Assembly (NCBI GenBank): GCA_051294375.1
Contig: CM119268.1
Coordinates: 11,036,507 to 11,100,506 of the forward strand
Origin: Paraspadella gotoi
Taxonomy: Eukaryota > Animalia > Chaetognatha
Length of the DNA stretch: 64,000 bases
Direction: 5' to 3'
The notes under the pieces are model-generated. The model did not search any database. It saw nothing but the letters and a program-made list of their open reading frames with translations, and had not been told where the DNA came from. Of this stretch, positions 37,340 to 51,752 are shown one piece after another (within the stretch, counting starts at the first letter, position 1; each line of letters starts with the position of its first letter). The translations under genes and the position numbers were made by a program.

Positions 37340-37595
37340 TAATTTTTATATTGGTTGTACCAATTTCATCTTTGAAATATTATACCACTTCATTGATAGG
37401 GAAGCCAGGTTCACAGGGAGTGAATAAACAAAACTGTGAGAGAGTCTTGATTGAAACCTTGCAGAAACCTGCTATGTTATTATCTTGTAAGTGTATTGGA
37501 GGCCTTAAACCACCAAAGCTTGTCCAAAGTCAGGGACAAGATAGCTTATTTATTAAATGAATGGATAATTTTTATATTGGTTGTACCAATTTCAT
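37340..37595 (+). mobile_element. Longest copy of the interspersed repeat family: 226-bp unit bounded by an identical 30-bp direct repeat
   Basis: TAATTTTTATATTGGTTGTACCAATTTCAT occurs at both 37340-37369 and 37566-37595; the interior matches 26858-27019. Confidence 0.75.
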
Positions 37596-37829
37596 TCAAT
37601 TTATATTTAAATAGAGAATCATTGTGGGAATAAATACTAACCTGTGCATGCGATGTTAATATTAATATTAATAAATATCATATAGCAAAAAAAATCATAG
37701 TACTTTTTAGTAGTTATTATTCTGAGAACGACTCAGATTTTGTGATTCGTCATGCGGAAAAACCATGATGAAGAAGATAAAAAAAATCACATGATCAAGT
37801 GTAATTACGCCTCTCTCTTTCCATCTCTT

Positions 37830-37915
<86 letters not shown>

Positions 37916-37950
37916 CTCCCTCGCTCTCCCTCTCTCTCCCCGCCATTCAG

Positions 37951-40561
37951 AAAGCGTTCGGCCTTCCTTCCGGGTTCGGCGGCGGCGTTGGCTTCTCAGC
38001 AGCGGACGTCGCCGCCATTTTCGGATTCCGAGAGTGCTTCGTCATCACCATCTGCGTCTTCGGGATCTTGGGTGAGGTTTGGGTGGGGTAGGGAAGGGAA
38101 GACGGTGACGGATTGGTTGGAGGGAAGGAAGGAGTTGGGGAGAGGATCAGGTGAGGAAGAAAAGGTAATAGGGATGAAATAGAAGAGTTGGGCGATGAAG
38201 TTGGAAGATGAAAAGAGGAGAATAAGAAGAAAATAAATAAATAAATAATAAATAAAAAGCGGAAAGGAAATTAGTTAAATAAGATGAAGTATATTAGTAA
38301 TAAATACCATAAAAACTATGAACCTGGCTTTTTTGGTTGGCTACCCCCGAGGATTTGGTCCTGCCGAGAAAAGATAGGGCATAGGGAGAATTTAAAAGAA
38401 TTAAAGAGAATATCACCACCGATGAAAGAAGATGGGGTGTGAAATGAAAGATAATGCTGCGTGAATGTGCTGTAAGTGATTTACGGTTGACGTTTTATCG
38501 CCTCGTATTTGTGGTGAGGGATCGAGGTCAGATGAATCACGGCTTCAAAATGAATGTTCTTCGCCAGTCTACAAGGAATTTAGAAGGTATTCTCTCTGAA
38601 AACGCGTTTAACTCTTACGTAACCCTGCATTCAACAAGGCCATTTAATCAATTCATACCTCAACCCCTTAAATCCCGTTTGAAACCCGCCTCTGCCTTAC
38701 CAGTTACCAACCTCCCCCGTCTCTTACCAGGAAACGCCCTTTGCTTCTCGGTCTGGATCTCGCGCCACATGCGATCCAACACGGCCAACTACCTGGCCTT
38801 TCTCTCCGTCTCCGATGGAGTCACTCTTTGCGCCATGATCGCCTGTCAGCTCGACAAAATATGGGGAACTTACCTTTTGTACGGTGAGTGAGGGAGAGTG
38901 AGACAACGAGAGACAATGAGTCAACCAGAACATTTTTTTTTTCCTTCGTCAATATTATCATGAACGGCTGACAGAGAGAGAGAGAGAGAGAGCGAGAGAG
39001 ACAGAGACAGAGAAAATTTACATGGCCAGGGGGTGTTGGGAAAATAGATTAGACGGATGGAGGCTCTGTCGTCTCCAGAATCTTTCCCCCTCCCACTCAG
39101 CCGATTCCTCTTCTTCTCTTTATTTTTTAGAAAATAAAAAGAAAGAGAAAAAAAAGAACAAAAACAAATTTGTTTCGGATTCCTTCTAATTTTAAATCCC
39201 TCGACTTTTCCTTTTCCCCTTTCATCTTTGTCGACTTAGTCTAGGATTTTAAAAGCCGAGCTAACACCCCCCCTCGTTTTTTTCCGTTGTTTTTGATTTT
39301 ATCGATGTTGTTTTCATTGTTTTAGTGTTAGCGGGTTCCAGACGAAAAAAAATTTAAGAATGCCGCGTTGTTTTCCTGGCGAATACGACGCATTATTTAG
39401 TTGACAGCGTTGACAAAATTTCAGCGGTGGTGAATGCGGCGGCGGAGGCTGCGGTGGCGGACGCACCGGCAGAGGCGCAGGCGACGGTGACGGAGGCGTC
39501 TGAGGAGAAGGCTTCCACGGGCGTTAATGGAAACGATAATATTTTCCCCACTTCTCCCAAGCTTTCTCTTATCGATTCTGATTTGCGACAATGTAATTCA
39601 CGACAGCCATTTGCATCTGCGCCGGAGACGATCGCTATTTACGGGCGAGAATCATTTCAGAATAAGAGACGCGTAGTCGCCGTCACAGAGCAAATCGGTA
39701 CTGATGTCTTTGATAGCGGTTGTTCGTAACAATGGCGCCGATCCAGTTCCTGATTAAAATTTGAAAGGCTTCGTGAGGATCTTTACCTCTCTCTCTCTCT
39801 TACTCGTTATTTTCTTTCATTCTCTCTAATATTTTTTATAATTTATAATTTTTATATTGGTTGTACCAATTTCATTTTTATCTCTTTCCACCCTAACCTA
39901 TTTCTTTAACACCGCCCTATTACACCTCTCTCGTCCATCCATAACCCCTGCACCCCTATCTTCTCCCCCATCGCCACCTCTAAACCCCGGATTTGACCTT
40001 CGCCCCGATTTTCCACGCCATTCCAAAAAAAAAATAGTTTCCTCGAATCTATGATTTTCCCACCGATTTCCTCCGCCCGTCGTTTTAATCCCCTGAAACC
40101 CGGATGTCATTCGAACGTGTTCGCCCGTTTATCAAGTTCACGTCTCTCGGTCGTCGTTAGCCGAAAATACATTCATATCTCGTTATTTTATACAACATTT
40201 TAAAAAACTTAAGTTTACAAAAAATCTAACTGCAAAAGGTTATCTTCAACAGACAATTAAAAGCAGAACACCGAAATGTCCCTAAAAAAATTTTTAAAGT
40301 TCATAACTTGGATGTATTGTATACGTACTAATTGATCTTGATCTTAATAAAATATCATCATTTTTATCTTCGTTATCGTCATCGTCATCATAATCATCAT
40401 TAACAGTGTATCCTTCGATTTTCTTCTGCTCTTTTTTCCTAGCAGCTCGTTGTCCGTGATATATTTTTTAATAAACACAAGGTTTTAAAAAGAGACGAAA
40501 AGTGTGTGTGAGAAGGAGAAAGAGAAGGAAGAGAGAGAGAGAGAGAGAAGGAGAGAGAAGA

Positions 40562-40593
<32 letters not shown>

Positions 40594-41335
40594 ATAGAGA
40601 GAGGGAGGAGAGAGAGAGAGACCGAGCGAAAAAAAAATGTAATTCGCTCTTCCTCAGTGCATAAAACCTTTTTTTTTTCTTGTTGATCAGTACAAAGAAA
40701 GAAGAGATCAACCGTCCGTTCTCTTTCGGCTTTTATGCTGCTGCATTTTTGATGCCGCGACTTTTTTTTTTCCCTACCTTTCACCGTTTTATTAAGCAAA
40801 AATCCTGATCTATTCACGAAAACGCATAGTTGTACGGTACTTACTGAGGCTCGATTCCTTTCGTTGTAATCAACGTTTCCCTTCCCCCTCAATACCATTA
40901 TATGGAACCGGGAGTTTGATTAAATTCCTTTATTTTTCTTTCCTTTCGCACCCATAAACCTCTCATTAAAACTGGTCCCCCTCTTCTCCCTCCTTTTCCC
41001 GTTCCCCTCTCGTCCTGTTCCTTCTTTATCCAAAATTCATTTCAAAGCGCCGTCAGTATCTTAATGTATTCAAACTGTTAATCAATATTGATTAATATAT
41101 TGCAACTTCTCTCCCTTTCCCTCTCGTCGTACTCCGCAACCCTCTTGCCACCGCCCACTCCCGCCTACTCCGCCCCCCCTTCCCCTCATTTCGCAAACAG
41201 CGACGTTGCGTCTTTCGTGATCAACTGGACGCAGTCCGCTGTCCAGCGTCTTTGGTGCTGACGGTGACGATGGATAGACTCGTTTTCCCATCTACTGGCC
41301 ATGAAAAGTCGCAACATTTCTGTTTCATCTTCAAG
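37951..41335 (+). CDS. Class A (rhodopsin-family) GPCR, peptide-receptor-like; exons for TM1-TM3/ICL2 only
   Basis: Exons 37951-38071 and 38731-38883 join in phase to give ITICVFGILGNALCFSVWISRHMRSNTANYLAFLSVSDGV (TM1 GN, TM2 LSxxD). Noisy exon ~39607-39697 (ECL1). Exon 41201-41335, read as a consensus with its inverted copies, gives C-DVAFFVINWTQSLSSALVLTVTMDRLVSIYWPMKS, with Cys 25 residues before the DR arginine. TM4-7 not found in the window. Confidence 0.8.
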
Positions 41336-42111
41336 GTGACGGGGAGAGGGGGAAGCGATTAAAAGAGGGAGGAAAGAAAAAGGAAAGGGAAACGAGAAAA
41401 AGAGAGAGGGGAGAGCGAGATAAAAAGAGAGAATGAGAGAGAGAGAGGAGAGTTCCGGCATCGGTTGAAATCAAAAGGAACTGAGATATCAAAAGAAAGA
41501 AAAACCGTTAAAAAGTTTAAAAAAAATAAAAATAAACGATACTTTTAGGTAGAAAGCTTTGATCAAAGAAAAAAAAAAACTGTCTTGGCGTTTGGGGTCT
41601 AAAAACTTTTGCTCCCTCTCGCCTTTTCGGAAGCCTCTTTCCGTTTCATTTAAAACTCCGCCAGTTTTTTTTTTCTTTTTTTCGCTCTTTCCTCACTTTC
41701 CTCCTTTTCTTTTTTTTTCTTTTTTCTTTTCTTTTCTCTCCTTTCTCCCACTTTCCTCCTTTTCTGTGGTGAGAATTTTTTCTCCTCTCTCCATCGATTT
41801 GCACGTGGACCATTTTATATAAATTTCGATTTCTCTTTCAATCCCGTGATTCACTATATGAAACTTCCTTTTGTTTAATCACTGTGAAGTTAGAGGTATG
41901 GGTATGTTATCATTTATAAGAGGGAAGGAGGTTTAAAAACTATCATTGAACATTTTTACACGCATTGAATGTACCAATTTCTGAAGCATCATTCTTTCCT
42001 TATATAATTTTTTATATTTGACTATTCTATACGTACATACGTACACACATGTACATATTAGTATATAGATTCTCCTGAAGTCACTCNNNNNNNNNNNNNN
42101 NNNNNNNNNNN

Positions 42112-42503
42112 CGAAAACCATAGTGTACGGTACTATACTGAGGCTCGAATTCCTTTCGGTTGTATCAGCGTTTCCCTTCCCCCTCAATACATTTATATGG
42201 AAACCGGGAGTTTGATTAAATTCCTTTATTTTTCTTTCCTTTCGCACCCAATAAACTCTCATTAAACTGGTCCTCCTCTTCCTCCTCCTTTTTCCCGTTC
42301 CCCCTCCTCTTCCTCCTCCTTCTCCCCGTTCCCCCTCCTCGTCCTGTTCCTTCTTTATCCATAATCTCATTTCAAAGCGCCGTCAGATTCTTTATGTATT
42401 CAAACTGTTAATCATATGATTAATATATGCAACTTCTCTCCCTTTCCCCTCGTCGTACTCCGCAACCCTCTGCCACGCCCACTCCCGCCTACTCCGCCCC
42501 CCC
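42112..42503 (+). repeat. Direct copy of ~40818-41180 isolated between two 25-N gaps
   Basis: Near-identical sequence with scattered indels. Confidence 0.85.
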
Positions 42504-43351
42504 NNNNNNNNNNNNNNNNNNNNNNNNNCCTCCCCCCCTCTTTAATCGCTTCCTCCTCTCCCAACGGTCACCTTGAAGATGGAAACAGAAATGTCCGACT
42601 TCATTGGCCAGTAGATTGGAAATCGAGTCTATCCATCGTCACCGTCAGCACCAAAGCACGCTGGACAGCGGACTGCGTCCATTGATCACGAAGAACGCAA
42701 CGTCGCTGTTTGGCGAATGAGGGGAAGGGGGGGCGGAGTAGGCGGGAGTGGGCGTGGCAGAGCGGTTGCGGAGTACACGAGGAGGGAAAGGGAGAGAAGT
42801 TGCATATATATTAATCATATGATTAACAGTTTGAATACTTAAGAATCTTACGGCGCTTTGAAATGAGATTTGGATAAAGAAGGAACAGGACGAGGAGGGG
42901 AACGGGAAAAGGAGGAGAAGAGGAGGACCAGTTTTAATGAGAGTTATGGGTGCGAAAGAGAAAGAAAATAAAGGAAATTTAATCAAACTCCCGGTTTCCA
43001 TATAAATGTATTGAGCGGGGAGGGCAAACGTTGATACAACGAAAGAATCGAGCCTCGTAAGTTACCGTACAACTATGGTTTTCGTGATAGATCAGGATTT
43101 TTTTGCTTAAATAAAACGGTGAAAGGTGAGGGAAAAAAAAAAGTCGCGGCATCAAAAATGCAGCAGCATAAAGCGAAAGAGAACGACAGGTTGATCTCTT
43201 CTTTCTTTGTACTGATCAACAAGAAAAAAAAAAAGGTTTTATGCACTGAGGAAGAGCGAATTTACATTTTTTTTTCGCTCGGTCTCTCTCTCTCTCCCCC
43301 CTCTCGTCTATTCTCTCTCCTCTCTCTCTCTCTCTCTCTCCTCTTCTTCTC

Positions 43352-43382
<31 letters not shown>

Positions 43383-46041
43383 CCTTCTCTTTCTCCTTCT
43401 CACACACACTTTCGTCTCTTTAATATAAAACCTTGTGTTATAAAAATATATCACGGACAACGAGGCGCTAGAAAAAAGAGCAGAGAAAATCAAGATACAC
43501 TGTTAATGATGATTATGATGACGATGACGATAACGAAGATAAAAATGATGATATTTATTAAGATCAAGATCATTAGTACGTATACAATACATCCAAGTTA
43601 TGAACTTTAAAATTTTTAGGGACATTTTTCGGGTTCTGCCTTTTAATTGTCTGTGAAGATAACCTTTTGCAGTTAGGATTTTTTGTAAACTTAAAGTTTT
43701 TTAAATGCTTGTATAAAATAACGAGATATGAATGTATTTTCGGCTAACGACGACCGAGAGACGTGAACTTGATAAACGGGCGAACACGTTCGGATGACAC
43801 CGGGTTTCAGGGATTAAAACGACGAGCGGAGGAAATCGGTGGGAAACATAGATTCGAGGAAAACTATTTTTTTTTTTGGAATGGCGTGGAAAATCGGGCG
43901 AAGGTCAAATCCGGGGTTAGAGGTGGCGATGGGGGAGAAGATAGGGGTGCAGGGGTTATGGATGGACGGAGAAGAGGTGTAATAGGGCGGTGTAAAGAAA
44001 TAGGTTAGGGTGGAAAGAGAATAAAAATGAAATTGGTACAACCAATTATAAAATTATAAATTATAAAAAAATATTAGAGAGAATGAAAGAAAATAACGCA
44101 GTAAGAGAGAAGGAGAGGTTAAAGATCCTCACGAAGCCTTTCAAATTTTAATCAGGAACTGGATCGGCCGCCATGTGTTACGAACAAACCGCTATCAAAA
44201 GACAGTACACTTTGTGGCGCACATATCGCGCGTCTTGCGCATACCGTTCTTATGAAATTGATATCTCAGCCCGGTAAAATTAGCGATTTCGTCTTCCGGG
44301 CGCAGATGCATAATGGCTGTTCGTGAATTACATTGTCGCAAATCAGAATCGCATAAGAGAAAGCTTGGGAGAATGGGGAAAATATTAATCGTTTCCTTAA
44401 CGCCCGTGGAAGCCTTCTCCTCAGACGCCCCGTCACCGTCGCCTGCGCCTCTATGCCGGTGCGTCCGCCACCCGCAGCCGCCACCGCCAGCCGCCGCCGC
44501 GCTTCTCACACACTCGCTGAAATTGTTGTCCAAACCGCTTGTCAACTAAATAATGCGTCGTATTCGCCAGGTAAAACAACGCGGCCATTCTTAAATTTTT
44601 TTTCGTCTGGACCCGCTAACACTTAAAACAATGAAAAAAACATCCGATAAAATCAAAAACAACGGAAAAAAACGAGGGGGGTGTTAGCTCGCGCTTTTAA
44701 AATCCTAGACTAGTCGACAAAGATGAAAGGGAAAAGAAAAGTCGAGGCGATTTAAAATTAGAAGGAATCCGAAACAATTGTTTTTGTTCTTTTTTTTCTC
44801 TTTCTATTTTATATTCCTAAAAAAATAGAGAGAAGGAAGCAGGAATCGGCGTGAGTGGGAGGGGGAAAGATTTCTGGAGACGCACAGCCTCCAATCCGTC
44901 TAATCTATTTTCCCAACACACCCCTGGCATGTAATTTTCTCTGGTCTCTGTCTCTCTCGACTCTCTCTCTCTCTCTCTCTGTCAGCCGTTCATGATAATA
45001 TTGACGAGGAAAAAAAAAATGTTCTGGTTGACTCATTGTCTTTCGTATGTCTTTTCCACTCTCCCTCACTCACCGTACAAAACGTAAGTTCCCCATATTT
45101 TGTCGAGCTGACAGGGCGATCATGGCGCAAGAGTGACTCCATCGGAGACGGAGAGAAAGGCCATAGTTGCCGTGTGGAGATCGCATGTGCGCCGGAGATC
45201 CAGACGAGAAGCAAAGGGCGTTTCCTTGTGTAGAGACGGGGAGGTTGGTAACTGGTAGGCAGAGGCGGGTTTTCAAACGGGATTTAAGGGGTGAGGTAGA
45301 ATTGATTAAATGGCCTTGTTGATATGCAGGTTACGTAAGAGTTAAACGCGTTTTCAGAGAGAATACCTTTCTAATTCCTTGTACGACTGGCGAAAACATT
45401 CATTTGAAGCCGTGATTCATCTGACCTCGATCCCTCACACAAATACGAGGCGATAAAACGTCAACCGTAAATCACTTACAGCACATTCACGCAGCATTCT
45501 TTTCCATTTCAACCCCATCTCTTTTTCATCGGTGTGATATTCTCTATTATTCTTTTAAATTCTCCCTATGCCCTATCTTTTCTCGGCAGGACCAAATCCT
45601 CGGGGGGTAGCCAAACCAAAAAGCCAGTGTCATAGTTTTATGGTATTATTACTTATATTCATCTATAACTAATTAACCTTTCCTTTTTATTTATTATATT
45701 TTATTTATTTTCTTCTTATCTCCCTTTTCATCTTCCACTTCATCGCCAACTCTTCTATTTCATCCACTATTACCTTTTCTTCCTCACCTGATCCTCTCCC
45801 CAACTCCTTCTTCCCTCCAACCAATCCGTCAACCGTCTTCCCTCCCCTACCCACCCAATCCTCACCCAAGATCCCGAAGACGCAGATGTGATGAACGAAG
45901 CACTCTCGAATCCGAAAATGGCGGCGAACGTCCGCTGCTGAGAAAGCCAACGCCGCGCCGAACCCGCGAAGGAAGGTCCGAACGCTTTCTGAATGGCGTG
46001 AGAGAGAGGGAGACGAGGGAGGGAGAGAGAGAGAGAGAAAA

Positions 46042-46099
<58 letters not shown>

Positions 46100-47319
46100 A
46101 AGAAAGAGATGCGAAAGAGAGAGGCGTAATTCACTTGATCATGTGATTTTTTTTTATCTTCTTCATCTGGTTTTTCCGCATGACGAATCGACAAAATCTG
46201 AGTCGTTCTCAGAATCAATAACTACTAAAAAGTACTATGATTTTTTTTGCTATATGATATTATAAATTAATATAACATCGCATGCACAGGTAGTATTTAT
46301 TCCCACCAATGATTCTCTATTAAATATTAAATGATGAAATTGGTAAAACCAATATAAAAATTATCCATTCATTAATAAATAAGCTATCTTGTCCCTGGAC
46401 TTGGACAAACTTTGGTGGTTTAAGGCCTCCATCACCTTACAAGATAATAACATAGCAGGTTTCTTTAAGGTTTCAATCAGACTCTCTCTACAGTCTTTGG
46501 TCTATTCACTCCCTGTGAACCTGGCTTCCCTATCAATGAAGTGGTTAATATTTCAAAGGATGAAATTGGTACAACAATATTAAAAATTAGTATTTAATAC
46601 TAACATTTGCAAAAACTAAGACAATCATTCAACTTTTTAAATCACTAGTTTCGTTCTAGTATTTGGCCAGTTGGCACTAAGTTTTAAATTTCTTTTAGAA
46701 GAAACGGTTATTTTCATCTTCGGCCAGTTGAACTATTATGTCAAATCTTTAGCTATTTCATTTTCACAATTTTCTTTTTCCAATCCCATCGTATTTTTAA
46801 AGTTATCAACCTACTACCTACTTCTTTTTACTATATAACAAAAGTCTAGATCTCTGCCAGAGCGAGAGTCGGCTTTTGTGTTCCCGCCCTCTCGCCGTAA
46901 ACCGCGAAATCATTTTTCAAATTTAACGGTCGCGAGCGAATTCTATGGTCCTCACATTCAAGTTCAAACGTCTTTCGTAATGACAGGTTAAATCTAATGG
47001 ATCATATTTATCAGCCTGTTTCTACGACTAGACCTATAAAAATTTACAGCGATTTGGACTCACTTGTTTTTACGTTAAAAGTGTTCTCACATTTATAAAT
47101 ATAATACAAAATAAACTATGGGTACGATTCGTGAACATAAGTTCGCATTAATTGTCATTAACTTTTATTCGCGCATATTTACGAATTTCTTCCAGACCAG
47201 TTATTGTCAGTAGCATTCGGAACCTATTACCAACTAATCGTAATTATTCATGACGATCTTTAAAGAAATAGTGGCCCCTAAAAGAGGGCCTTTTGGGTGG
47301 TTATGTCTAATCGAGCCTT

Positions 47320-47728
47320 TTAGTGCGCGTCGCGACGGATTCCGGCGAGCGAGACTGGATATCCTTGGGCATTGATAGTCACGCGCTTAGCGTGGATGGC
47401 GCAAAGGTTGGTATCCTCGAAGAGACGACCAGCGATAAGCCTCAGAGACTCTTGCAGGCCATGACGGCAGAGCTTTGGAAGCGAAGATCGGTCTTGAAGT
47501 CCTGGGCGATCTTCGCGGACGAGACTGGAAGGCAGCTTGCGGAGTGAGGAGCTCGGTGGATTCTCGGTAGCGTCTTGATCTCGCGAAGGAGCCACAGTGC
47601 CTTGGCCTGTAGCGATGGGGCTTCTTGACACCGCAGTGCTGGAGCCGACTTCGGCGCCTTCGTGGCAAGCTGTTCCTCGGGGCCTGCCACCGGCTAGATT
47701 TACGAGCGGTTTGTTTGGTTCGCGCCAT
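47320..47728 (-). pseudogene. H3: Frameshifted histone H3 copy (pseudogene or error-rich duplicate)
   Basis: [11 protein letters not shown]...VKKPHRYRP...[17 protein letters not shown]...[16 protein letters not shown] is spread over three frames. Confidence 0.75.
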
Positions 47729-49888
47729 TCTTCAGAAAATTAGTGATTACGGAAGGTAAATGAATTTACGGAGGGATTTTTGAGTCGGAGCGAACGAGCC
47801 GCTGTTTTATACTGAGCCCGAGAGAGCTGCCTTCTGATTGGTCGAAATGTTCAGTAACATCCGATCCGTTGATCGACGTTGCCAATTCGGAACTAGTTGC
47901 TTCCACAGTTATAAGGAATTTAGCACGAATCTTTATTCTGTTAAATTTACCACATAAATAAATAATTAAATATCTATATTTACTAATATTAGTTCAGTCA
48001 TGGCTTTTAGTGCATGGCTTTAGTACAACTCTTCAATTGTAACGAAAATCGCACTTGATTGATTTATTTGATCAGAGAAAGAATTATAAAATTAAAATTC
48101 CTAGGTTTTCCTTTAATTTGTCTGCCACTTTGTAGTCAACCGGGGAAGAAAGTTTATATGGATTTTTAAGCTATAGGTTATAGGTTATAGCCACTGAGGC
48201 GCTGCGAAAGAAACAGCATTTAATCCATCTGTTGGTGATAGGACCACCAGAATAGGCTTATATTGTCCTCTTTGTCATTAACATTTTTATATGGAGAGAA
48301 GCTTTGATGATTCTCTTTTTGTCATAATTTTGCCTTCTTTATAAACGAATAATAACATAATAATACGTTAATATGACACTATCGTCGATTATTTTTATTT
48401 AAATTCGGGTGTTGACCAACGCTTTATAAACGATTACTAATCAAACTGTAGTTATATAACATATGTATTGATTAGGGTTACGATACCGTTAACAGTTAAC
48501 GTTATTAAACGATTAAATAATGTTTAACCTACACGCGTTAATATATTTTTTAACGGTTAAATCTCGGTTAATTTTAAATATGATTTTTTTATTATTTTGG
48601 TATTAAAATCTTTGATTTTTTAAAAGAAAGTAAATTTTTTGTCCATTCTTATTCTCCTCTATGGTTCTGAAAAAATAAAAAAAAGAAAAACAAGCGTTCA
48701 CGAACTGACATCAAGAAAAATAATGAAGAAGCAATAACTAAAGAAAAAGAGAAAGAGAGAGAAAGAAAAGACAAAACATAGAATTAGAATTACCTAGTGG
48801 TTTTTCTTTCTTTGTCCTTTTTATATATTTTTATTAATGCTATGAGCGTAAAAGAAAAAGTTTTGTAAATAAGATTTATCACGAATGCCATTATCTGATT
48901 AGCTAAATTATCATAGTGGATTCAATAGTTGCTCAAATCAATTTTTTAATTTACTAATAAAAATGTGTACCTATCTATTCTTGAAATAGAAGATAAAAAA
49001 GATAAGGAGAAGAGTTAAAGATAAAATACTATTAAATACTTAGTTTTGATTTAAATCAATAATATTTTAAATTTAAAGGTAAAATCTATAAATTAACAGA
49101 TTTTAACGGTTAACCGCTTAAAAATATTGCTTTTAACGGTTAAGCTAAATTTTTCAAAAATTAACGGTTATTGGACCCTAGTATTGATTCAGTATTTACG
49201 ACTAGTATTTTTTCAAACTATAGAAATTGATGTTTCAGAGATTGAAATTACGAAGAGAAAAATTAATGTTGATATTCGACCAATAATAAACGTATAAAAG
49301 AGAAAATGTGTAATTTCTGTCACAATCTCATTTCGCGCTGACAAGGCTAACTCCATTGGATTGCGAAAATCTTATACAACCATGCAACAACATCGAATTA
49401 ACACTTTTTAGTAGAGGATGACTCGAATCGACTCACTCCTATCCGGAGTTTTCGTAATCTTTTGTTCTCAATCCCATCTTTTACAAGCAGCTCTTAAAGA
49501 TAATCTAATCATCACAATCATGTCATTATTGTAACCTATATAATTCAAAATAACTTTCGAAGTGAAACGGCTCTCTTTATTCACAATCAAGACAAAAGTG
49601 CGACTCGGCAACCGTTGCTATTCTTATCATTTTTTTTATTCATTTTTGAGGTTCGCACGAAACGTTTTGCTCGTGAAGACGATCTCCCGCTCAACCGTGC
49701 CACTCATCCCCGTTGCCTTCGCCTGATTAGTCAATTTCGTCGAAGGCACTCGTAGCTGATTGGTGCTTATCAGTAAGCAGGCAGCCGTTGAGGATACGAT
49801 CGAAAAGATATATATTATAGGGCTCCCTTCAGTATCCATCTCTCTTGGGTTTTTTCCATCTCATCATACTCATCTATTATAACTCAAT

Positions 49889-50210
49889 ATGTCTGGACGT
49901 GGAAAAGGTGGGCAAGGGCTCGGAAAAGGGAGGCAGCCAAGCGTCATCGCAAAGTTTCTTCGTGACAACACTCCAACGGCATCACAAGCCCGCCATTCGC
50001 CGTCTCGCCCGCCGTCGGCGGTTGTCAAGCGTATCTCCCCGGTCTCATCTACGAGGAAACTCGTGCGTCCTCAAGGTCTCCTCGGAGAACGTCATTCAGA
50101 GATTGCCGTTACTTACACAGAGCACGCAAGCGTAAGACCGTCACCGCCATGGACGTCGTCTACGGCTCTCAAGCGCCAAAGGCCGCACCCTGTACGGTTT
50201 CGGCGGTTAG
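49889..50210 (+). pseudogene. H4: Frameshifted histone H4 copy (pseudogene or error-rich duplicate)
   Basis: MSGRGKGG...[10 protein letters not shown]...AVTYTEHA with many 1-nt indels. Confidence 0.75.
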
Positions 50211-51055
50211 GAAGATGTTTCTAAATCATTACTTACCACCCCAACGGCCCTTTTAAGCCGGCCACAAACATTTCAAAGATTGTCGAAGTACTATTTTTTT
50301 CTGGTTGCTGCTGCTAAAAAGCTTTGAAAGAAATAATTCTTCTATTCGTGTTCAGAATTCTATTGATTACAAGTTAAATCAGTAATCTTAAATTATTCGT
50401 TAGAAAATTTCCATTTGAGACAGTTATTTTTCTGAAAGAAAGTCAGTGATGCTTCTGGGAGAGCGACAGCGGAAATAACTATATATTTATAAATTATATT
50501 TTCTCGTCGCGAAAACTTCATGCGCGATGGCTTTAGGAAAGATAGCTTTATAGGAAAGTTTAGAATTATCCCCACCGCCAAAGCCTTCAATTAACTGTGG
50601 GCAAACTGGAAATTTTGTCGCAATCAGCTTTCTGCAACGTGGGGGAGATAGCTTATGAAAATGATGCAACTTAATATAAAATTATTTCAATTATCCATCT
50701 TGACCTGACTTAAAGAAGGGCTTTCGTTGTTTCAGGCCCATTGCAATGACTCCGTTATTCCGAAACTTCGTGGATTTTAGCAATTTTTGAATTTAACCAC
50801 TAGTGACGAAGCGTAAGATGAGTTAATATGGTTTAATTTTCATACCCGATTTACGGCTCGTTTTTTAACACAACTTTTTAGAAATTTTACTGCCGATATT
50901 TTTCGAAGAGAACTGAACGAGCACATCTAACTTTCGGAAACTGGCAAAACTAACCAATTAGTAGTAGGTTATTATCAATAAAAAATTGACAGATCTTTTT
51001 AGAGATTTTTGGGCAGCCCTAAAAAGGGCTATTGTGTGTGTTTATTTAGTAACTC

Positions 51056-51434
51056 TTACTTCTTCTCGGTCTTCTTGGGCAGAAGGACAGCCTGAATGTA
51101 GGCAGGACGCCTCTTGAGCGATGGTGACTCCAGAGAGAAGGTTTGTTCATTCCTTCGTCATTACGGATGGGCAGTTTGAAGGATGACGGGGGATGATTCT
51201 CGTCTCTTGTTATCGGCGAGCCGCATTTCCCGCAACTTCAGAAAGGATCTAGCCGTAAGATATTCGAGGGACGGCAGCCAACGAGACCGGAGCACCAGCT
51301 CCGACCGCGCTTCGCGTATGCCTTTTGCGCAGACGAACCTGTGCACACGGCCGACAGAAATGAAGGCCAGCGCCGGCTGGAACGGCCTCTTTGCCTTTCC
51401 CTTTGGATTTTCCGCCTTTTCACTGTCCAGACAT
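51056..51434 (-). pseudogene. H2A: Frameshifted histone H2A copy (pseudogene or error-rich duplicate)
   Basis: Reverse complement of 32512-32883 with indels; the stem-loop remains near 51015-51030. Confidence 0.75.
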
Positions 51435-51752
51435 ATGTGATGAGAGAGTAGTTATCAAAATTTTTATAAATTCAAGATCCCGAGTATGAGTGTATGCCAA
51501 TTTTCGTGCAAGATCGCTTTTTATACGAACTAGTCGGATCGAGACATCGCGAAGAAAATTTTGGCTCCGATCCTATTGGTCGAAAGGATTCTCGATCCGA
51601 CCAATCAAAAGGCATTCGTTTCAATCTGCGAAATAAGCTCGAGTCGTCGATCCTCCGACCGAGTATAAATAGAGAGGCACTAAAAAGCATCGTCATTCGT
51701 TTAAAACGATTTCTTCGCGATCTTAGTTTCGTTCATTTAAACTCAAAAGACC

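Noticed and set aside
37752-37800. ATG upstream of the GPCR TM1 exon as its first coding exon
   Set aside because: The available GT donors give phase 1 or 2, but the 37951 acceptor needs phase 0.
39427-39729. 100-aa Ala/Glu-rich ORF
   Set aside because: GTG start, error-prone segment, and the frame is not preserved in the other copies. Only ~39607-39697 is tentatively used, as a GPCR exon.
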